Shown here piece by piece: positions 1 through 13,400 of a DNA stretch of 64,000 nt. The stretch's first letter is position 1; the number at the start of each line of letters is the position of its first letter. The notes beneath the pieces were generated by a model. It was not told the DNA's origin and did not search any database. It was given only the letters and a program-made list of their open reading frames with translations. The DNA is from Octopus vulgaris (Eukaryota), in NCBI GenBank assembly GCA_951406725.2, contig OX597814.1, forward strand, positions 173,476,001 to 173,540,000, given 5' to 3'. The translations under genes and the position numbers were made by a program.

Positions 1-89
1 GGAATTTCAGTATTTTCGTACGTATTCTCAGCATGATCTTATTCTAGTAGCATCAACTCATTAGATAAACATTCTCTATGGAACACTAG

Positions 90-1490
90 CAACTTAACCA
101 CTTGACTTCTTCAAGCCTTATATCCTTTAAGTGTTTTACAATATCTTAACGAATTTGATGTAGGCTTTCTACTGATGCAAAACATGACTCAGTGATATTA
201 CCCCCAGAATCCATTATGTTGAACTTCGAGAAGTTTCTAACTGTAAAGTAATCCTCCCCCAACATTTGCTTTCGTAAGTCATTTGTAACTTCTTATATTC
301 TTTTAATATGCCTTTAACTTAGCTGTCACACCTTGATACACTGGCTGGAGCATAGAAGTATTTTTGAGGATATATTCTACTTTCACTTTATCAGAAAGCT
401 CGCATAAGTTCACCGGGAAATTTAGTGCATTGTCTAAAAGTAGCAAAACATTGTTGGATCTGTACCTTTCCGCAGCAGGACAAAAAGTGTTTATAAGCAA
501 CTCTTCGGCAAAGCTTTTCGCCATAGATGCCTCCATATTTGAACGCTTGTCAAGTTAAATTTTGCTTAACCCTTGGAATCTCAAAGAGATACACGAATAG
601 GAGCTTTAATTTTATGTCACTAGCGGTCTTTCTTCTCAAAAGAAACGTCAGATGGTTTTTGAAAACTTTAAATAAGCGGTTCTTAACTAGAGTCATCGTG
701 ACCTCTGGAGGTCCATTTCCAGTTTTTTTTTGTTTTTTTTTTTTGCGTGGGGTGGAGTCCATGCAAGCAAAATAGTAACTTAGGTCCACAATAGTATTTT
801 AAGAGTAACTAAAAAAAATTTACTATAGATGTATTTCTTGCAAGAAACGGCTAGGTTTTTTTCTCTAATATTTTACATAGTTTAACATACTTCCAGCCAC
901 TGAAACATGTCCTCTGAGGAAGTGCTATGGCAAACCTACACAATTTAACGTATGAAAAACAAAATAGAAATTTTGAAAGATGTATCTATAAAGCTGTTTT
1001 TTAAATATCGTATGGCTATGGGGGTCCACCAGAATAAAATAGTAATCTCAGGGGTCCATAGGTAAAAATTGAGAACCGCTGCTTTAAATCTTGATGTTAA
1101 TTTTTCTCGATAAATAAAAGCTGTAGCAGGCATGACCTTTCAGAAAGGCGTAGTATCATCAATATTGTATACTTGCTCAGGCGTGTAGCTCCCTCCAGCA
1201 ATCATTTAGTATTATTATTAGCACTAGCAGTTTCACCAGTCATTTTTATGTTGTGCAAATTCATATGCTTCTTAAACTTTCCAAACCAGCATTTACTAAC
1301 CATAAAAGGTTTTTCTTCCCTTTTCTGAAAATTGTCATGCAAACTTTTTGACATTTAAAAAAAATTTTTTTAATTACGATCGTGCTTATCGGCACAATGC
1401 CAGGATTGATCAACGCAGGTGCTGTGTCTTCATAGTACTGTACTTTTTAGGACTCGCATCTCCTGATCAGCAATCACTTTTTGGCAACTT
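90..1490 (-). mobile_element. Decayed Tigger/pogo-type DNA transposase (CENP-B/DDE_1 family), split by a hAT MITE
   Basis: Minus-strand remnants read YTPEQVYNIDDT (about 1155-1190), MPATAFIYRE, and VLLLLDNA...KNTSMLQPVYQGVTAKLKAY (ORF 303-536). These match pogo/Tigger DDE motifs. Multiple stops and frameshifts. Confidence 0.8.
674..1081. mobile_element. Non-autonomous hAT (Charlie-like) MITE, 408 bp
   Basis: Termini AAGCGGTTCTTAA (674) and TTGAGAACCGCTG (ends 1081). Perfect 8-bp TSD CTTTAAAT at 666-673 and 1082-1089. Confidence 0.85.
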
Positions 1491-1500
1491 CTGCAGCTTC

Positions 1501-2100
1501 TTATTTCTTTACTGCCCACAAGGGGCTAAACACAGAGGGGACAAACAAGGACAGACAGACGGAGTAAGTCAATTATATCGACCCCAGTGCATAACTGGTA
1601 CTTATTTTATCGACCCCGAAAGGATGAAAGGCAAAGTCGACCTCGGCGGAATTTGAACTCAGAATGTAGCGGCAGACGAAATACCTATTTCTTTACTGCC
1701 CACAAGGGGCTAAACACAGAGAGGACAAACAAGGACAGACAAACGGATTAAGTCGATTACATCTACCCCAGTGCGTAACTGGTACTTAATTTATCGACCC
1801 CGAAAGGATGAAAGGCAAAGTCGACCTCGGCGGAATTTGAACTCAGAATGTAGCGGCAGACGAAATACCTATTTCTTTACTGCCCACAAGGGGCTAAACA
1901 CAGAGAGGACAAACAAGGACAGACAAACGGATTAAGTCGATTACATCTACCCCAGTGCGTAACTGGTACTTAATTTATCGACCCCGAAAGGATGAAAGGC
2001 AAAGTCGACCTCGGCGGAATTTGAACTCAGAACGTAACGGCAGACGAAATACCGCTAAGCATTTCGCCAGGCGTGGTAACGTTTCTGCCAGCTCGCCGCC
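1501..2100 (-). mobile_element. tRNA-derived SINE, tandem trimer (184-bp period)
   Basis: Head GGCGGCGAGCTGGCAGAAACGTT, B-box GAGTTCAAATTCC, conserved central GCCTTTCATCCTTTCGGGGTCGATAAA (Meta-domain-like). Units repeat at 1502, 1686 and 1870. Confidence 0.9.
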
Positions 2101-2408
2101 TACAACCAACTTGATGGGCAGCTCGCCCTACAACCAACTTGATGGCCTTCAGTTTACTGGTCCCTCTGATGATAAGCATGCTGTAAGCTTTGCAGGGAGA
2201 CTGGCCACAGGATTCTCTTCTCTACATTCCACCTCGATGGAATCACACCTTGTTTGCCACCCATTGTTCTGGCACAACTCCATCAGCTTAGCATATTTCC
2301 TTCTATATATAAATTCATATACAATCATATATGTGTCGTTGCAAGAAAGAGGTGTTAGTATAAGCGCCAATTTCAAGCAAAAAAACAAGAGAAACATGTT
2401 CACTATTT

Positions 2409-2426
2409 GTGTGTGTATATGCGTTT

Positions 2427-2516
<90 letters not shown>

Positions 2517-2868
2517 AATATCTGTAAAACATTTTTCATTTAGATTCTTCTTCTAGCTTTAAGTTCTTCGTTTGGCTTACAAATTGTGCTTTTTGTGGGG
2601 TGGAGGTTTCTTTTTTTTTTTGTACATTTTCTTTTTCCATTTCAAATAATGTAAAAAGCAATAACGGGATGGTGGGGGGTGACTCTTGGAAGGAGTAGAG
2701 AAAAGACTGGATGGTGCGACGATGATGGTGAAGAAGAAAAAGAAGAAGAAGAAGAAGAAGAAGAAGAAGAAGAAAAAGAAGAAAAAGAAGATGATGATGA
2801 TGACGATGACGATGACGATGATGATGATGATGATGATGACGATGACGATGACGATGACGATGATGATG

Positions 2869-2907
<39 letters not shown>

Positions 2908-3503
2908 ATGATGATGATGACGATGATGATGGTGATGATGATGATGGAAAGTGAGGAAGTGTGCGGAGAAGTATAGACGAAGGCGATCGGATGAAGTGAT
3001 GCAATCAGCTATTTGGTGTGAACGAATGAACGAGCGAGCGAGTGAAAAAGTTCATTGACATTGGTTGGTCAAGCTGGCTGGTCGATATGTATGACGTCAC
3101 GGAAACGGCATCTCGTCCGCTGCATCGGTTGCTAGGCAACGTCACGTCACGTCACGTCAGACGTTCAGCGACCGCTTCAAGATTGATTGGGTTACCGTGT
3201 CACTTTTCGGAAGGTTGGCGGGGGAGAGGTAGAGGGGCGTCGAAAGTTTGGGGGTGAGGTGAGGGCGACGGTGCTGGTGCTGGTTTTGGTGGTGATGATG
3301 GTGGTGGTAGTTGTTTTGGCGGCGGCGGTGGTAGTGGTAGTGGTAGTGGTAGTGGTGGTAGTAGTGGGGGAAGTGATGATTTTGGAGGTGAATACATTTA
3401 ATGGTGATGGCCTTAATCATGATGATTGTAACGATGGTTGGTGGAGTTGGTGGTGATGCTTGTAGTGGTGATGTTGTTGTTGATGGTGGTGGTGGTGGTG
3501 GTG

Positions 3504-3574
<71 letters not shown>

Positions 3575-4457
3575 TATGGTAGTGGTGGTAGTGGTAGTAG
3601 TGATGGTGGGGGTAGGAGTGGTGGTGGTGGTGGTGATGGTGATGGTTGTGGTGATAGCGATGGCGGAGCTGATTGTGATGGAAGTGATGATGGTGTTCAT
3701 AATAGTGTTAGTGATGGTTTGGGTGATGAGTACGATGGTGGTGGTGATGGTGGTGGAGGGGGTGGGCTGGTAGCAGTGGTGGTTTTCATGGTGATGGCTG
3801 TGACAGTTTCGGTTGTGATGGTATCGCTAATGATGGTGGTGGTGATGGTGGCGGTGGTGGTGATGCTGGTGGCGATGATGGTATTAGCGGTGGTGGTGAT
3901 GGTGTCGGAGGTGATTGTGGTGGGAATCATAATGGTATTGGAGATAGAAGTCGTGGTGGGGGTGAGTGGGGTGTAGTGGTAGAAGTAGCTTTGTGGTAAT
4001 ATGAGAGTAGGTGGTAACGGAGCTAGCAGGGTTATTGTTGTCCGTGGTATGGTGGTGATGGTCGTGGCTGTGGTGATAGTGGTGGTGGTGGCGGTAATGG
4101 TGGCGGAGGCGGTGATGGTGGTGGTAGCGGGGGTGATAGTTGTAGCGATGTTGTCAGTCGCTATGGTTCTGATAGAAAATAGCGGTGGTAGATAAATATG
4201 GCGGTATGGCGGCGATGGTGGCGGCGGTGGCGACGTCGGTATTGGTGGTGGTGGTGGTGATGGTGGTGGTGGTGGTGGTGGCGGTGCTGCTGCTGCTGTT
4301 GATGATGATGATGATGATGATGATGGTAGTGCTGGTGATGGTGGTGGTAATTAATGGTGGTGGTATTAGTGGTGGTGTTGGTGGTGATGGTGGCGGCGGC
4401 GTGATGCATAAATAGCAGTAAGGCAGTGAACTGATTGGCTCTGTGTGTGTGTGTGTA

Positions 4458-4536
<79 letters not shown>

Positions 4537-6090
4537 CGTAGTGCGGACAGCCAGCCATGAAGGTGTGGGGTTGACAAAGAATGGAACAGAAAGAGGACAG
4601 AGAAACAGAGAATGTGCGACAGACAGACAGACAGTAAGAGAGAAAGGGAGAGAGAGAGAGAGAGAGAGGGGGGGGAGAAAGTGAAAGAGAAGGAAAGTGA
4701 GAGAGAGAGGGAATCGTCTGGTGTTTTGGCATGGATGGATGAGGAGAAAGGTAAGAGTGCCATGTTGGATGTGGCTGCAAGAGGGGAGTTGGTGTGACAC
4801 AGACATAGCAACAGCAGCAATTACAACATCAATTGTTGTTGTTGTTGTTGTTGTTGTTATCGTCGTTGTCACTGGCGTCGTTGTTATTGTTGGTGTTGTT
4901 GTTGCTGTTGTTGGCGTTGTTGTTGTGGTTATCATTGTTATTATTGCTGCTGCTGTTGTAGTTGTTGTTGCTACTACTGCAAGCAGAATTAAAAAATGTC
5001 GGCAAATCATAACATCTGTTGTTGTTGTTGTTGTTGTAGTACATAGTAATGGTGGTGGTGGTGGTGGTGGTGGTGGTGGTGATGGTGATGCTGCTGCTGG
5101 TAGTGATTGTAGTGGTGGTGGTGGTGGTGGTGGTGGTGGTGATGGTGATGCTGCTGCTGGTGGTGATTGTAGTAGTGGTGGTGGTACTGGTGATAGTGCT
5201 GGTGGTAGAGATGGTGGTTGGGGCAGTGGTGGTGGTGCTGCTGGTGCTGGTGGTACGAGTGTTGGTGGTGGTGGTGGTAGAGATGGTGGTTGAGGCAGTG
5301 GTGGTGGTGCTGCTGGTGGTGCTGCTGGTGGTACTGTTGGTGGTGGTGGTGGTACTGGTGTTGGTGGTGGTGGTGCTGGTGCTGGTGCTGGTGCTGGTGG
5401 TGGTGCTGGTGGTGGTGCTGGTGGTGGTGGTGCTGGTCCTGGTGCTGGTGCTGGTTGTACTGTTGGTGGTGTTGTTGGTGTTGGTGGTGGTGGTGGTGGT
5501 GGTGGTGGTACTGGTGGTACTGGTGATGCTGGTGGTGGTGTTGGTGGGGCAGTTATCGCTGCTGCTGTTCTTTATATGTCTGTATCACTCCTTCACTAAT
5601 ATTGTGTTAATATTGTTGATGTTGTTATTGTTGTCACTATGGCCGTTATTATTGTTGTTGTTGTTGTTGTTGATATATTTTGCTTATTTATTTTTTCTTC
5701 TGTTTTTTTCTTTTGTTTCTGTTTTTCCTGCTTTATTTTTTTTTTATTTTTTCAAATTATTAGCAGTATCAGCAGCGGCAGAATTAGAAATTACTGTAAT
5801 CACATGAACAACAACAACAACAACAGCAATAATAGCATCTGCAACAACAACAACAACAAGAACGTCTTCGTGATCTTCATCAATCACACACATCTTCTAG
5901 GCAGGAGAAGCTAGAACACTAAGCCATGACAGTGAAACAACGATGAATGTGAGTTACAGCAAAGACTGCAATTACAACAAGCAAACGGCCACAAGATAAA
6001 ACAAAAACAATAACAAAAGAACAACAAAAACAACGACGACGACGACGACGACGATGACGATGATGATGACGACAACGACAACGACAACTG
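2409..6090. repeat. Compound microsatellite field: (GT)n, (GAA)n, (GAT)n, (GGT)n, (GTA)n, (GTT)n, (CAA)n
   Basis: Directly visible simple repeats. They explain the poly-V/G/D/T/H ORFs in the track. Confidence 0.95.
3060..3215. promoter_or_regulatory. Candidate enhancer/promoter island with CRE, RFX X-box, CCAAT and Ets-like sites
   Basis: TGACGTCA at 3092-3099, CGGAA at 3100, GTTGCTAGGCAAC at 3128-3140, (CGTCA)x4 at 3140-3159, ATTGG at 3186-3190, GTTACCGTGTCAC at 3191-3203. Unique CpG-rich sequence between simple repeats. Confidence 0.5.
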
Positions 6091-6267
6091 CAGGGCCGAA
6101 CCAAGGAAAGCTCCACATAGACGCTCGATGAGCAAGAAATAACAACTTGTGTTCTTTGGAATCACGTCTTATTGTCTTAGGATCTTGTACGCTGGATAAT
6201 GCTGCCAGGGTTTCTCTGCACCGTAGATAAAATGGATTTGTCACGGCTAGAGTGGCTTTGAGCACGG

Positions 6268-6665
6268 TCTTTTTTTTCCTACTCTAGGCACAAGGCCCGA
6301 AATTTTGGAGGAGGGTGCAAGTCGATTAGATCTACCCCAGTACGCAACTGGTACTTAATTTATCGACCCCGAAAGGATGAAAGGCAAAGTCGACCTCGGC
6401 GGAATTTGAACTGAGAACGTAGCGACAGACGAAATACCTATTTCTTTATTACCCACAAGGGGCTAAACACAGAGAGGACAAACAACGACAGACAAACGGA
6501 TTAAGTCGATTATATCGACCCCAGTGCGTAACTGGTACTTAATTTATCGACCCCAAAAGGATGAAAGGCAAAGTCAACCTCGGCAGAATTTGAACTCAGA
6601 ACGTAGCGACAGACGAAATACTGCTAAGCATTTCGCCCGGCGTGCAAACGATTCTGTCATCTCGC
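6268..6665 (-). mobile_element. tRNA-derived SINE dimer (first unit with tail A, last unit with tail B)
   Basis: Same head, B-box and central domain as 1501-2100. Junction AAAGAAATA|GGTATTTCG. Terminal tail GGGCCTTGTGCCTAGAGTAG. Confidence 0.88.
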
Positions 6666-6914
6666 TAGATCACTACTGATCTGGAGTTAAACAACGACGC
6701 GGGATGCCTGTACATGGTATTCCGAGTCTGCTAGATATAGCAGCCAAATATCCTTTGTTTCACGCCTTGGATTTGTCACGGCTAGAGTTGTTTTGGGCAT
6801 GTTTGCTTGATCACTACTGATCTGGAGTTAAACAACGACGCGGGATGCCTGTACATGGTTTCTGAGTCTGCTAGATATAGCAGCCAAATATTCTTTGGTT
6901 CATGCCTCCTACCA

Positions 6915-7133
6915 TATTGGTTTCAGGTTTTGGCACAAGGCCAGAAATTTCGGGGAAGAGGGTAAGTCGATTATATTGACCTTAGTAGACGACCGGTGCT
7001 TATTTTATCGACTCCAAAAGGATGAAAGGCAAAGTCGACCTTGGTGGTATTTGAACTCAGAACGTAAAAACGGACGAAATACCGCTAAGCATTTCGCCCG
7101 GCGTGCTAATAATTCAGTCAGCTCGCCGCCTTA
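6915..7133 (-). mobile_element. Diverged monomer of the same SINE (tail B)
   Basis: Recognisable head, B-box and central domain with substitutions. Confidence 0.8.
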
Positions 7134-8313
7134 AATATTTCCTTCCATATTAAATAAGGAAAAGTTATATCTGACATAAGGCGTAGTGGCCATGGATGGA
7201 GTGTACTTGATCATAGATATGTTGCTTCAGGTTTGACCTTGGGGGTTAAACACCACTAACAACAATGACGAATTTGTCAAATGCATTAAAACCATGGGCA
7301 ACAGAAATCACTATAGCAGCAATAAGAAACGAAACAACGACGACGACGACGATGACAGCAATGCCAACAACAATAACAAAAACAGACTTCGATGACAACA
7401 ACAATGAAAACTAAAGCAATGACAACGTCGGAGACAATAATAATTGAAGCAATAACAACAGAAATAATGATTTCTTATATTGGCAAGACGCCACCTATTT
7501 TCACTGCAGGAAAGACTTAACGTATAGTTTCGGTCGACCCAAGCAAGCAACACCTTCTCTCCCTCTCTTAATCCTCATCTTCTCCTTCTTCCCATCAACC
7601 GATTCAGTGTGTAAGTTCTAATTGTGCCTACGTGATCACTCGAAATGGCAGTTAAAAATATCTTAAATCTCTCATTGTCTTAAAACCGCGAAGAAACCTT
7701 GTATCAGGAGTACCAAATTCGTTTGGTTTTTCTGACAGATTTGAATCATAAACTAGACCTCACCGTTTGAATAAGGATAATTATTCCTAAAAACCTAAAA
7801 TCTCTATTCATAATGAAGGCTAAAATAAGTTGATAAATTGGTAAATATACATTATAGCATCTTCATCAACAATACAAAAAAAAGAAAAAAATTTGAGTGC
7901 AGAGACGGAAGAGAAATGTCTATATGACATAGGTACAGCCCTCTTAAGTAAGACTCCTTGGAGTGAGAACAGAGGTAGAAATAGTCCAAATGAATGATAG
8001 AAGGCTTTCACTATTTCACCTGCAAGACCTTTCCACATTGTTCATATCATTAGAATCCATTTGCACGAAACGTGGACTAATTTTGAAAAACAAAAGACTT
8101 TCACTTTAGCTCGATGTGTAGACAAAGTGAAAAAGAAATAGGTCGCATCTTTAAAATTTAGAGTCATAATCTTTTTTTTAACTAGTTGAAATAAAAAAAA
8201 AAGATTATTTAAGATACACTTCTACAACTTTAGTCGGGTTTCGACTCAAAATGTATATTGGTGTGTATGTATGTATGTATGTATGTATGTATGTATGTAT
8301 GTATGTATGTATG

Positions 8314-8511
8314 TTACCATGATAGATCGTTAGCCACTACACACATTTTTTTCTCTCCTTGTTTCTCTGTTTTTTTCTGTGTCCCTTTCTGTAGAAGAGC
8401 GTAGGCTCGAAACGTAGAAGACTTTTTTGTATTCCTGAGCGTTATACTAATACATCTGTTTGTTTTGTACACCACCTGTCTTCGTCTTTTGTTTTTTTCA
8501 TAAACTCTCCC
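8314..8511 (+). mobile_element. Short 3'-terminal fragment of the Penelope-like family found at 14657-20560, inside (GTAT)n
   Basis: Aligns by eye to the reverse complement of 14660-14865 (GAAGAGCGTAGGCTCGAAACGT...TTCCTGAGCG..ATACTAATACA...TTCGTCTTTTGTTT). Confidence 0.85.
8384..8421 (+). ncRNA. Minimal type I hammerhead-like motif (variant core CUGUAGA)
   Basis: CCUUU-CUGUAGA-A-GAGC(GUAG)GCUC-GAAA-CGUA-GAAG. Stem II GAGC/GCUC, palindromic ACGU stem III, GUA triplet. Confidence 0.6.
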
Positions 8512-9504
8512 TATGTATGTATGTATGTATGTATGTATGTATGTATGTATGTATGTATGTATGTATGTATGTATGTATGTATGGGTATGTATGTATGTGT
8601 GTATATATGTATCTGTGTATATGTATGTGTGTGTGTATGTATGTGTGTATATCTATGTATGGATGCATGCATGCATGTATATTACTGAATATTTTAAAAT
8701 TAAAAATTAATAATATTTATATAAAGTAGGCCGTAAGTTTGACACTCCTGGCTTAGATGATGTAGCACTGCGGCACATTGTCATTTATCTTTTCCTTGGA
8801 ACTTGTTTTACTCATTTGGCTGTGGCCATGCTTGACGCCGCCTTGAAGGGTTTTTGTCGAACGAATCGACTCCATTACTTAATTCTTTTAAATTTGGTAC
8901 TTACTTCTGCCAAACCATTCAGTTACGGGAACATAAACAAACCACACTGGTTGTCAAATGGTCGATGGTACAAACACAAACAATCGAAATGGTCATGGCT
9001 GGAACACCTTCCATCATTTGTCTGCTTGCCCAGGGCTAGCCTGGCGATTAAACAATAAATTTAACAAAAGATTGTACGCAGGTTGCATAAATTGCAAGAA
9101 ATGACAGCCAAATCTCCTTCAAGTTACAGCCACCCGTTTTCAAAAACAGAAAGCAGTGGAATTCAAGGTATAGAAAAACACTGTTCGATCATGGCTAGAT
9201 TACCTTCGATCATGGGGCCGCTTAACCAAGCTGACCAGAAGTTAAGCTACAGAAATACTTGCTTTTTACACTTGAGAATTTGTTAAGGCATTGAATTTTA
9301 GGTAAAGTTTTCGGGATGTCTTCAGTAAAATTACGTTAACGTGGTTTTGCATCGTTTAATATAATAACTAAATTCATGAATCTATACATGGTACTTATTT
9401 CAAACACAAAAGAATGGTCCAGTGAGAGTTAAGTGTCTTTGTCGTCCTACTGCCTCATTTCAGAAAACTTGAATTCAGTATAACGAAGTAACAAAATCCT
9501 CATA

Positions 9505-10019
9505 TCTATATATATATAAAACTGTAGTTGTGTGAGTGTCTGTCCCCTTCGATTTAGATTCCTAACTACTCCCACATTTTGCGGTGCAGTTTAACCAAAT
9601 TCGGATATCTTATAGTCGTGATTCATATCGAGCCCGTCTGAGTATTAGCGCGCGTCTACGATGAGTCTACGATTTTAAAAATAATTTAACATAACTTTTT
9701 ATTCCATTTTAATGCATAATTTTTCGTGTGTCGATGGCGGCGGAGTTGGCGTCCATGGTCACACCTGCACCTGTTTGCTTCTCCCCCTTCTTCCCTCCCT
9801 CGTGAAGCTGTGGGGAAGGGAGTGTAAGGAAATCAACGTCGTAAAGCGTTGTCAAGGCGACCAGCGTTCTTTTAGAACAACGACTTCATGGCTTGAAGAC
9901 ACCAAAACAGAAATGGTTAAGAAAGCCCGAATTGGCATCTATAAGGGAAGTAACTCTCTAAAAATGCTTATATAGTTATTTCCCTTACAAACCCGAGCAA
10001 CGCCGGGCGATACTGCTAG
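9505..10019 (+). mobile_element. Non-autonomous Helitron
   Basis: 5' TC after A (TCTATATATATATAAAA...). 3' hairpin CCCGAGCAACGCCGGG followed by CTAG (10016-10019) and T. A|T insertion site with no TSD. Confidence 0.85.
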
Positions 10020-11589
10020 TCTACTTAAAAGCTAAGGAGTTTAAGTCAGTGAGGTTTAGTGCCTTGGTCATTTCATTGTCCGATTCAAGAGACTTGCATT
10101 CAGCAAGGCAAATTAATAAAATGCTCATATCTCCTAAGGATATTTAGTCGTATTTAAAACAAGGGAGTCTGATCCGACGACAGAAGTATGTCCCCATCAT
10201 GAATTGAGAGCAGTGCTAGAGATTAAATAGAAAATATTGCTCCTTCTCTGATAAGCCTACACTTGTTTGCATTACTTCCCAAATAGTCTGTCAGCACAAT
10301 GATATGTTGTGACTGTGTGGTGTGAAATCTATCAGTGTGAACAATAACGAATATAGTTTTCTTAATAAAATTAATTGAAAAATTAATGAAATTCGCGTGA
10401 TTGTAAGGCGAAGGTAGCAGCGGCGGCAGCGGCGGCAGCGGCGGCAGCGGCGGCAGCGGCGGCAGCGACGGCACCGGCGGCAGCGACGGCACCGGCGGCA
10501 ACGGTAGTAGCGGCGGTAGCGACAGCAGCTGAGGTAGCGGCGGCAGCGGCAGCTGCAGATGCGGCGGCTGCAGTTGCGGCGGCTGCAGTTGCGGCGGCTG
10601 TGGTTGTGGCAGCGGCGACTGCGGTTGAAGCTGCGGCAGCGGTGACGGTGGCGGTAGCGGTGACGGCTATTACTGGACGGTGGTGATGGTGGCTGGGTGA
10701 TGGTGATGGTGGATAGGCGCTTGTGCTGTTACCGTTGTTGTAGGTGGTCATGGTGGTGACAGTTACTGCTACGGCTGCTACAGCTGCTGTTAGTACTTCT
10801 ACTGCTGCTGTTGTTGGTGGTGGTATTAGTTATACCCCTTGTCAAGTCTGATCAAGAAGACCTTCAGCCAACGCCTTTTAGACAATTTATCTGGGTCTGC
10901 GTTATCCAATGCATCTTACCTTTTTCTTTAACCTTGCAAAATTTGATATAAGTAGAATGTGACCTATTTCTAGCACGTCGAGCACCTACGTGGAGACTAC
11001 TTCGTTGGCTTTTTCAAGATTTCGTTTCCCTCAAGATTTTCTGCAAAACGAACAATTATCAAACTATAACACCTTTGAGAAAACTACTTAATTATATAAC
11101 TTCATATCTCTTTTAAACTTTGACAACATCTACGGGGTTATAAAGAGCAGGCATGGCTGTGTGGTTAAGAAGATCGCTTTGTAACTATATGGTTTCGGGT
11201 TCAGTTCTAAAATCACTACGAGGATCATCTTTGGGTAAGTCTTCTGCTATAACGCCGGACCGATCAATACCTCGCTAGTGAGTTTTGTAGACGGAAACTG
11301 TATGAAAACCCGTCGTATCTGTGTGGTATAATTATAAACAGGACAAATTTTTAGCCATTTCTCCCGAAGCAATGATAAACAACCTTAATCGATTTTTAGG
11401 CGTCTCCAGAGAGAGACAAGTAGTCAAACTGTTTATATACTCAACAAATGCAGCAGTTACTCCATGAAGTGGTTCCTAATTTGCATACCGAAAGTGTTTA
11501 ACACTCTATAAATACCAGTGGTCTATCAACGGTCCACAGAGTATCAAGGTATGATATAATAAACATGTAACATATAGTATAATATATAC

Positions 11590-11736
<147 letters not shown>

Positions 11737-11755
11737 TATATACATATATATATAC

Positions 11756-11838
<83 letters not shown>

Positions 11839-13211
11839 GACACACACACACAGAAAGAGAGTTCAGTGAAAAGGATCCAATAGAGTAAGTACCAGGCTTA
11901 AAAGTAAGTACTCGTGTCGCGTTGTTTCGACTAAATCCTTCAGAGTGGAGCTCCAACATTGCCGCAGTCCAAAAACTGAAACAATTAAGAGAAGATGCTC
12001 TCGATGCGTATTTTGAGAGAGATTTGGCTGTTATTTCTAGCCAGCCGAGCGACCAGCCACAATAGACTACCTCTTTGGTTTCTGCTTCTTCCCATTGTGT
12101 GGTTGGTTCATACCAAAAATAAGATTTCATTTGACAGTTCACTTAAGTACGCGTTGGAGCAGAATTTTCTTCTCTATCGCTTGTACCAAGTTAATCAATA
12201 TAGATTTTCGATAATCTGCACTACATCGAGTTAGGTAGAATGAAATTAGAAAATAATAGAATAAAATACTCAAAACAATAATGCGGATTAAAGATTTTGA
12301 TCGAATACCTGAATTCATACTAGTTAAAGAAATCATTTTATTAAATTAACAAATTACTCGAAGCAAAAGATAACTCAATTTGTACATTAAATCCATACTC
12401 TTCCGATCACTATATGTCAGTGATTAAGAATAAGCAATCAAGATATATTTGTATGAGTGTGTATAGGTGTATGTTTGAATATATATATATACGTATATGT
12501 ATGTATATGTGTATGTCTGTGACTGTCCATCTGTCCGTCTGTATGTATGTATAATTGTACGTCCGTATGTATGTATTTACGTGTGTATGCATGTATATAT
12601 ACATGCACGTATGTGTGTATTATGCATGCATGCCAGTATGTGTGTATATATGTTTGTATGTATGTATATATGTGTGTGTGCATGTATGCATGAATGTATG
12701 TTTATGTGTTTGTATTGTGTATATATGAGAATATATGTGTGTGTATGGTTTTTTTCTGTGTTATGTGTGTATATATATAAACAGAGGAGACAGGAAAATG
12801 GACGTTTATCAACAAGAGCAGTGCTTTTAAGCGCCAGAAGGAGAGAAAAAATATATCTTTTTTAACATGCAATCTCCTCAGTTTAGAGACAGAGAAAGAG
12901 ATACAGTAGAAGAAAGAGAAAGATCGTTAAAGATATGAAACATTCTCAGCCTTTAGTCAAAGACATTTTCCTAATGTAATTATTTAAAGGCAGAAGAAGG
13001 AGGAGGCGGTAAGGTAAGACTGTGTGTGGCAGGGGAAGACAAAATGCCTAGAGCTATTCAGTAATGTCCCCTTACTTTCTGAGTTGAAGCCAACATTAGA
13101 TTTCATCCTTTTGCAATCGATAAAATAAGTTGCACTCAATACTGCTGCGAGAAGTACGGATTTGATTAAGTCGATTACACATTTCCCGCTCAAAATATTT
13201 GAGCTCTCGTA

Positions 13212-13322
13212 TCAAGAGTGATACCGGAATGGACATAGCCAATCTGAAAGAAGCGGCCCAGGATAGAACTGACTGGAGGACACTGATCCAACGAGTAACC
13301 GAGAATCGACTTCGACTGAGCG

Positions 13323-13399
<77 letters not shown>
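13212..13399 (+). mobile_element. 5'-truncated RTE/BovB-like LINE 3' end with (TAGA)n tail
   Basis: Reads SDTGMDIANLKEAAQDRTDWRTLIQRVTENRLRLSG* directly before (GATA)n. DRxxWR...RL is the typical RTE C-terminus. Confidence 0.75.

Positions 13400-13400
<1 letters not shown>

Noticed and set aside
1501-2100. Regularly spaced repeats resembling a CRISPR array
   Set aside because: Whole 184-bp units repeat with no unique spacers, they match a dispersed SINE, and there are no cas genes.
7510-7610. Possible 101-bp host exon (CACTGCAG|...|GTAAGT)
   Set aside because: Splice signals are plausible, but the peptide is unrecognisable and no partner exons are visible. Needs RNA-seq.
10383-10751. Poly-Ala/His ORF resembling a transcription-factor tract
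   Set aside because: GC-rich triplet/nonamer microsatellite with no domain or supported splice structure.
11455-11515. Hammerhead-like CCAUGAAG...ACCGAAAGUGUUUAACACUC upstream of an (AT)n tract
   Set aside because: Stem III and GAAA fit, but the CUGA core and an adjacent stem I are missing.
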